A DNA stretch of 64,000 nucleotides from Eledone cirrhosa (lineage: Eukaryota): the NCBI GenBank assembly GCA_964016885.1, contig OZ024742.1, forward strand, positions 118,854,001 through 118,918,000. Reading direction: 5' to 3'. The translations under genes and the position numbers were made by a program. This document shows positions 55,959-64,000 of this stretch, piece by piece (the first letter of the stretch is position 1; the number at the start of each line of letters is the position of its first letter). A model generated the notes under the pieces. The model worked only from the letters and a program-made list of their open reading frames with translations, made no database searches and had not been told where the DNA came from.

Positions 55959-58900
55959 CTCTAATGATTTTGTCAATTTGCCACAGTAAACCAAACACTT
56001 AATACACAAATAAGTTATTATTAATTTTTTTCTTGTATTTTTCTTTTTTTTTTTTCGTACCATTTATTTCACTAGCCATGTATGAATTTAAAATATAAAA
56101 AATGTACATAAAAGAAAAAAAGTATGATACACTATTTACAAAGAAGAGAATAAAATGTTCTTAGAAATGGAATGAAGTGGTACATTATTAAGAATGTGCT
56201 AATCAGGCTTGTAAGGCCATTGAGAAGGATTATTTATAAAAAATCTCTACAATGTTAGTTTCTATATTCTTTTCTTGATCATTTCCTACTTTATCATGAA
56301 CTATCATTCCATTCCAATCAATACTGTTACATGTCTTGAAACCTTACTTCTCAATTTCAAATACTCTCACATTTATTATTACACTTTACTTAGGGTGAAT
56401 TTTCAACCAATTAAACATAACACAAAAAGCACCCGGTCCACCCTTTAAGGTGGTAGTGCCAGAATCATGATAAAATGTTCCCAGTGGTAGGTGTTAGGAA
56501 GGGCATCTAGCTGTAAAAACCAAGCCAAAAATCACATGTATGAGCAAGACATAGTCACCTAACTAATCTAGCCACAGTACATGACAGCTCATCTAACACA
56601 TGGAAGCATAGAAAATATAAGTTAACCAGTGATGTCAACGATGATGATGATACACATGCACACAATTTTTTCAGAGACAAAATTTCTTTTTTTCTTTTAG
56701 AATTATATGAAGTAATTTTCTCACTTCTTCCAGACACTCAAGTTATGAGTTTATCACTAGCTATACGCCAATTCCTGATTATTATGGATTTGCCATCCAC
56801 ATAATCATAATGTATCGTTTCTACACTAAATTTTATTGATTAGCATTTCAATTAGTCTAACTTGGAGTAGTATTTTTGGCTATCTCTGGTCAGTTTTTGT
56901 TGAATAGATACAAATGGCACCAAAGAAAGGAGATAAATATTTGATGATTCGCTACTTCACCAGACTAAATATGATTTTGTATTGATTACTAATTTTGGTA
57001 TGTTGTAGGTATTCATTTACTATAGAGTGATGAAAACCTAGGTTTAATCAAAGCAAGATTCAATTAATAACTGCAATCTGCATTGAAATTGATCATTCAT
57101 GGATATTGAAATCCTATGTTCTAGATCATTCCATGTGTCATGAACATGTAGTCATGACGCTGGGGGCTTCAAATATACATTTTACTTGAATGATGATTTA
57201 ACCATAGGAAGGGCATCCAGCCATAGAAACCTAGCCAGAAACAGTTCTATATGAGTAAGACACGGTCAACTGACCCAGTTTGCTTCAAATGGGACAACCC
57301 ATCTAACCCATGCTAGTGTGAAAGATGGATGTTGATGATGATTAGCAAGTTAAGAAACTTAATACTGAAGATCTTTTGTAGAGCTTAAAAGATATATCTT
57401 AAATTTTATTTTCATCTAAAAAAAATACAGTTATTTCTAATGTAAAATGGCTAATTTCAATTACTGTTATTTTTCATCTGTGAAACTACATTATGACTAG
57501 ATTGTTACACATGTGCAGAATGTTTCAACTTGAGAAAAGTAGTTTAATTATTATGACTGGAATGATGATTTATTGAAACTTCTTAGCATTGAAACACTGG
57601 AGATCAATGTCATGGATTTAAATATAGCAAATATTGATTGCATTTGCTTCAAGAAGCAGAAATTAATAATTTGAATTCTTCTAGAAGGCAGTAGTTCAAT
57701 AGGTCTGGGTTGATTACTGATTCATAGGCTATTGGCTAATTGTAGGTGGCTCTTTGCCAATCGGTGTTCAACAATGCCAGGATAACTCAATAAAAAGTTA
57801 CAGCTATTTTTGCTTACAGGCCAGATATTTAGTGTTTGTTAGCTTTTTGTAATTCATCTTCCTGGCAAGATTTTCTTATGATCATTGTCTGTTTCATCTA
57901 ATTATCTGTTTGTAAATGATTGACTGTTTTTTTTATTTCCATTAATTAGTGAGAGGGGGGGAGAGGAAGGACACTGGTCATGATTTAACAGGCCTTTCTA
58001 CATTGATAAGATCAATGCACTGGTAAGATCAATAGAATTGATGTACACTTTGAACATATGTAAGTCAACATCTGCAGAAAAAAAAGGAGATGGAAGGAAA
58101 TTCTAAATGGTTGCAGTACTGGGGAGGAATGATTGTAAAAAATATTTCATGCAAGATCTTGCATTAAGGAGCATAGAATTAGAGTTAGTGGATAGTTCTA
58201 GATTCAATGACATCAAGCTGATAAGAGGCGACATTGTTGGAAGATCTGAGACTTATTCCTAGCAGCTAGATAACATAAAACATGTAGAATGTGATAGCTT
58301 TCTTAGAGATCACCATCAGTAGATACAATCATACAAGGTAACCATAAGTCAACAAAGTAACCTCAATGTAATAACTAACCTGTTAAACATATCAGCCAAA
58401 TCTCCTTTAAATCATGCGCTATGTATTTATAAAAGAACATATTGGATAATGTAGTCCTAGAATGGCATGAACTTTCACTAAACTCCACAATGAGTTGTTT
58501 GATCAATGAAGTTAACAGGCAAGGGCTTAGCATTCCAAAGACATATGTACCCTTAATGTAATTCTCAGAGGGATTCAGATAACACAATGAGTGACAAGGC
58601 TGGTCCTTTAAATTATAGGTACAGTTATTTTCCAACAGGCTCTCAATCAGTTTCTGTCTACTCAATTACATTCATAAGACTTGGGTGAATGTGAGGCTAT
58701 GATAAAGTACACTTGCCAAAGATGCTACAGTGACTATAAGAGTGGAAAGATTAGTCAAGTTATGGAATAAATGTGTGTTACATTCTTATGATGGATGAGA
58801 GATAAATAGATTATTTGGTAAAAAAGAAAAGTATATATATACTTTTCTTTTTTACCAAATAATCTCTATATTTTATATATATATATATATATACAAACAT

Positions 58901-59061
58901 ATATATATATATATATACATATGAACACACACACACATATTTATCATCATAGTATCCTGCTCGATGAAGCCATGACAGTAAATACGTTCTCTACAAATTA
59001 AACTAATTAATATATATTAGATGCTCATTTAAACTTGGTCTTTGTCCAAATATATATGAAT

Positions 59062-59095
<34 letters not shown>

Positions 59096-59459
59096 GGTTT
59101 CTCCCTCAAATTCCTCCTCATCAATCTTGTTATGATCGCTTTAAATCTCAGTCATGTCAGACACAATTTGATCATCATTGACTTTAATTACATCATCGTC
59201 AACTTAAATTTAATGTATTTACATACATAATTTAATCTACACCAAACTGACTTTGATAACCAAAGACGATTGTGCCAGATATTTTAAAGCAGAGTTTCTC
59301 AAACTTTTCAAGCCACTGCCCCCTACTCAAGGCCATGTAATACCTCCAGCCCCCACCCCCTATTTCCAGAGAGACCTGCCTACAAGCAAATTGTAAAAAA
59401 TATATAATAAATAAAATCATTAATTTATATATAATAAATAATATAATATATACTATGCA

Positions 59460-62400
59460 TAAATAAATCTTCTCATATTTAAACACTGATTACTGTTATA
59501 CGTTTGTTTGTAGGTTTAGTTTTTTAAAAAAAATAACCTTCTTGTTAACTTCCCCATATCCCCCCCCCCCCATCACTCGCCACCATTATTAGATGGTCCA
59601 ATCATATTTCAGCGGCTTATACGTCTCTCTTACCAATCTCTTACACAAAACCACCACCTCGGCTATTCACTCCTTAAGTTTAAACCTGGTTGCCTTTGAG
59701 ATGCTAGATGGACTGTGGGATTCTGGAGAGTACGAAGAATCTGGACACTCAAATGACAATGTCAAAGATAAAGATAAATTCACCTCATGTGGCCGGACAA
59801 AAATGCAAGGATTCCTCTTTATTTCAGACGCGGATGGCAAACATAACCTCATCTCCCTCACCTCTCCCTATACCTCCATCCCATCCCTTCCACTCATCAA
59901 ACGAAATCCAAAACTTCAGAGTTGGTACCATGAATGTAGGCACTTTAAAAGGTCACTCTAACGAGGTTGTAGAGATGCTTGGACATAAGGAAGTTGATGT
60001 TTGTTGCGTCCAAGAGACTAGGTGGAGGGGTGGGTCTGCTAGATTCATAGTGGGCAAAAAACGATGCTATAAACTTTTCTGGGTGGGAAATGAAAATGGG
60101 CTGGATGGAGTAGGAATTATGTTAGCAGAAAAATGGGTAGATAAGGTAATTGACGTAAATAGAGTGAACAACAGAATAATCAAAATAAGACTTTTCCTAA
60201 ATAGAACTACTGTGACAATAATATCCGCTTACGCACCCCAATCTGGACTGCCTGGCATTATAAAAGACAGATTCTATGAGTCGCTAATGCTCACTACCTC
60301 CCAACTAACTGACAGTGACTATATAATTATTGCTGGCGACCTAAATGGTCATGTTGGACAACATTGTGACGGCTATGACAGAATCCATGGAGGCTACGGG
60401 TTTGGTACCAGAAATGAGGAAGGTTTCAGAATTCTGGAATTCTGTGATGCAAATAACCTAACTATCTGCAACACAAACTTCAAAAAACAAGACAATCACT
60501 TGATCACCTATAGATCAGGGGAACATGCCAGTCAGATAGATTATATCCTTACCAGAAGACGTGACAAAGTGTCAGTTGTAAACACTAAATCTCTCCCCTG
60601 CGAAGAATGCATCTCCCAACATAGCCTCATAGTTAGTGACCTCATAGTCAGGAAGAGACATACTCGACAACAGAGGAGGACTACCCTGAGAAGAAGAATA
60701 TGGAAGTTAAAGGACCCCACAGCCAGTAACAAATTTAAAAGCATACTACTTGATGCTTTTGACAGTAAGGAAGAGCAATTAGAGACGTACAGTATAGAGG
60801 AACAGTGGGAATTCCTGAAAGTTAACCTGCTGAAGGCGACAGATGAAATCTGTGGCTGGACAGACCTATAGGCAGGAGAGGAGTAACTTGGTGGTGGAAC
60901 AGTAAGGTGGAGGAGTCAATCAAGGCCAAAAAGCAAACTTGGAAAGTATGGCGGGATGGAGGAAGTAGAGAACACTATCAAGAGGCCAGGAGGCAAGCTA
61001 GGAGACAAGTGTACCTTGCAAGAAGGAAAGCAGAGGAAAGAAAGTTCAAGCATGTTCTACAACGCGAGGACCAAAAACGTGAGGTGTTCAGGATTGCTAG
61101 ACAATGTGTCAAGGAAAACTGTGATATTGTCGGGGAGAAGTGTGTCCGTAATGATGATGGTATACTTGCCATCACTGATACTGATAAGAAGGTAGCTTGG
61201 AAGTGTCACTACGAGAGGCTACTAAATGAAGATAATAAGTGGGAAAAAGATAGTCTGCCTCAAATTGATCCAATAGAGGGACCAGCAGTGCAAGTTGAAG
61301 GTAGTATAATAAGTAAGGCAATCAAAGATATGAAGACAGGCAAAGGAGCTGGGCCTTCGGAGATAGTTGCTGAAATGCTGAAAGCATCTGGATTGGTGGG
61401 ACACACTATGGTCTCCCGGATAGTAAACCAAGTCATACAGAATTGGGTCATACCAAATGACTGGCGTAGCAGCATCATCATTAACAGCTGCAAGGGTAAA
61501 GGAGATGCCTTAGAGAGGGGAAACTATAGAGGCATTAAATTAATTGACCAGGTCATGAAGGTCACAGAAAAAGTTATAGCGCAACTAATCAGAGAGCGAA
61601 TTGATCTAGATGAAATGCAGTTTGGGCTTATGTCAGGTAAAAGTACCACAGACGCTCTTTTCCTTGTACGACAACTACAGGAGAAGTACCTAACTAAAAG
61701 TAAACCCCTATACTTAGCTTTTGTTGACTTGGAGAAAGCCTTTGACAGAGTCCCTCGCTCCATTATCTGGTGGGCTCTTAGAAAAATAGGTGTTGATGAA
61801 TGGCTCGTGAGAGCTATACAAGCCATGTATAAAGAAACAGTCAGCAAGGTTAGAATTAACAACGAATATAGTGAAGAATTTAGCGTAAAAGTCGGTGTTC
61901 ATCGGGGCTCTGTCCTTAGCCCCTTCCTATTTATTATTTTCCTTCAGGCTATAACAGAGGAGTTCAAGACCGGCTGCCCGTGGGAACTTCTAAACGCAGA
62001 TGATCTAATGCTCATAGCTGAATCAATGGCTGAACTAGAGAAGAAATTCCAAACTTGGAAGCATGGCCTAGAATCAAAAGGCCTTAAAATTAACTTGTCT
62101 AAGACTAAAGTTCTAGTATGTAGGAAGGAAAATAGGGCACTGGACCCCTCTGGGAAATGGCCATGCTCAATATGTAGGAAACGAGTAGGCAGAAACTCCA
62201 TTTTATGTCCCAAATGCAAAGTATGGGTGCATAAAAGATGTAGTGGGATCACAGGTAAACTAACTAAGAACATAGATTTTATATGTGGCCGGTGCTCAGG
62301 TGCAATAAGTAGTAGCAAGTGCCCACAGGATACTAGTTCCTTCCATTGCCCAGATGGTTCTATAGAAATAGTGGACAGCCTCCGTTACCTGGGTGACAAA

Positions 62401-62815
62401 ATCAGCAGTGGTGGAGGGTGCTCAGAAAGTACAGTAGCTAGAGTCAGAACGGGATGGAAAAAGTTCTGAGAGCTTATACCACTATTGGTTGCTAAAGGTT
62501 TCTCCCTAAAAATGAAAAGCAGACTGTATGATGCCTGTATACAAACAGCAATGTTACATGGCAGTGGGACTTGGGCATTGTGTGCAGAGGATCTGCGCAG
62601 ACTGGAGAGGAACGAAGCTTGCATGCTCTGTTGGATGTGTAATAGTAATATACGTGAACAGCAAAGCATAAATGAACTAAGTGAGAAATTAGGAATAAGA
62701 GGGATCAGATGCTGTTTACTCGAGAGAAGACTACGTTGGTATGGTCACGTGATGTGCATGAAAGACGACAGCTGTATAAAAAAAGTGCAGGGCGATCAAA
62801 ATAGATGGAAGCTTT
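59460..62815 (+). mobile_element. Second RTE LINE related to family 1, 3'-truncated and inactivated
   Basis: ORFs 59708-60871 (APE), 60907-62469 (RT; YADD mutated to NADD; premature TGA) and 62485-62817 are colinear with the 46622-50892 copy. The 3' UTR and tail are missing. The 5' boundary is approximate. Confidence 0.95.
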
Positions 62816-62890
62816 AAAATTCAGCAACAAGTAATTACTGATGTTAATGCCTCACTTTTCATAATAAAAACATTTCACTTCATCCTACAG

Positions 62891-63305
62891 TAATGACGGA
62901 ATTAAAGCTGACAATGATGAAATTGAAGTTGACAGTGATGGAATTTAACCCTTTAATGTTCAAACTGGCCAAAACCGGCCAGAATTCTCTACCTTTTTCT
63001 GTTGAAACTGGCTATAACTGGTCACTCAAACTGATGTTAAGGTATTGTTCTCAAAATAAATACTTTAAAAATCTCATAGATTCAATATTATGCGAGATAA
63101 TTATGCAAGGTAAAGCCTTTGTCATGAAAATATAATAGTATATATAGAGTAGTGTGAATGCTATAGGGTTAAGTTGACAGTGATGGAATTTAAGTTGACA
63201 GTGATGGAATTTAAGTTGACAATGATTGAATTAAAATCGACAATGATGGAATTTAAGTTGACAATGACAAAACTGAAATCAACATTGATAAAACTGACAA
63301 ATTTG
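62891..63305. repeat. 21-bp minisatellite (aagttgacagtgatggaattt)
   Basis: About 2.5 units left and about 6 degenerating units right of the MITE. Confidence 0.85.
62945..63172. mobile_element. piggyBac-type MITE inserted in a 21-bp minisatellite
   Basis: TTAA at both ends; excision restores the repeat unit aagttgacagtgatggaattt. Confidence 0.85.
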
Positions 63306-63589
63306 AAGGAAAACCCTTCAAACACCTATACACATACATATTATTTTCCATAAACATATCTAAAAAAGTAATATATCAAATCTAACGACCTTTTTATATA
63401 TGTAAGCATAGGCATACACACAGATATATACATATATATATATATGTACACATACAGGCATATATACACATATATACATGCACATTCATTCACACACATA
63501 GATATAATCCATATTCTTTAAGGGAGTTAGGGAAGGGCTGTGTGTAGAGAAGGGTTACCTGTTAGGTAGAATCACTGGATTGAAATACC

Positions 63590-64000
63590 TTAGAAATTTG
63601 TATATTTTTTTGTCTACAAGTGAAGATTAATTCTGAGTCTTTGTTAAGTAGACTGGATAAAAAGGATTTTGAATAATTAAATGGTGGATAACTGATATGG
63701 TTTTTCTGGTGCTGGAGTAAGGTTTGATAATGGAGAGAATCTTTCCAGCAATACTGAATGGTGTATTGCTATCTTTTAGGGACCAGATATGGTTTGATAA
63801 ATTTGTGTATGATTTTCTATTTGTGCATCTTAATGTACTATCTAGTTTTAAATATATTAGCTATGTATGTTGATATGATAGAATTAGTTTGGGTGGTGGA
63901 TGAATAGATAAGTTCTTCAGCTAGACAATTTTCTTCTAGGGGCAGGTGTTAGTGTTGATGCAATTACATGTTTATGGGTTGGTGTTTTGGGGAGGATAGC
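63590..64000 (-). mobile_element. Decayed Penelope-like GIY-YIG endonuclease region
   Basis: The minus strand reads TCPLEENCLAEELIY..., NLSNHIWSLKDSNTPFSIAGKIL...PY and LLNKDSELIFTCRQKK. Confidence 0.75.

Noticed and set aside
57690-58330. Possible old LINE fragment or upstream UNC-93 exon
   Set aside because: No open frame with matching motifs or convincing splice sites; too decayed to classify.

Overview
AT-rich, repeat-saturated eukaryotic genomic DNA, most likely from an octopus (inferred from the tRNA-headed SINEs with RTE-type (GAT)n tails, the RTE LINEs and the kilobase (TA)n/(CA)n microsatellites). The only host gene I can support is the 3' part of an UNC-93-like MFS membrane protein on the minus strand. 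Its three GT-AG exons (54592-54727, 28840-28971, 26123-26349) splice in frame, with a 25.6 kb intron between the first two. The rest is mobile DNA: two near-full-length, frameshifted RTE LINEs in opposite orientation whose RT contains a C4HC3 PHD-like finger, many RTE 3' fragments, two SINE families, a TTAA (piggyBac-type) MITE, hAT and Tc1/mariner MITEs, and CRE, CR1 and Penelope-like (PLE) remnants. A 3 x ~1.12 kb tandem triplication covers one LINE 5' end. The most striking unexplained structure is a series of 0.06-1.2 kb fold-back palindromes sitting in (TA)n tracts. Several carry minimal type-I hammerhead ribozyme motifs on both strands, with apparently intact cores at 20431-20499/20234-20302, 40387-40429/39479-39521 and 45165-45229. 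One of these palindromes also holds a GIY-YIG remnant, which points to microsatellite-associated Penelope-like elements. Nearly all long Y/I/M/C-rich ORFs in the track are microsatellite artefacts. Family assignments come from motifs recalled and read by eye, not from database searches.
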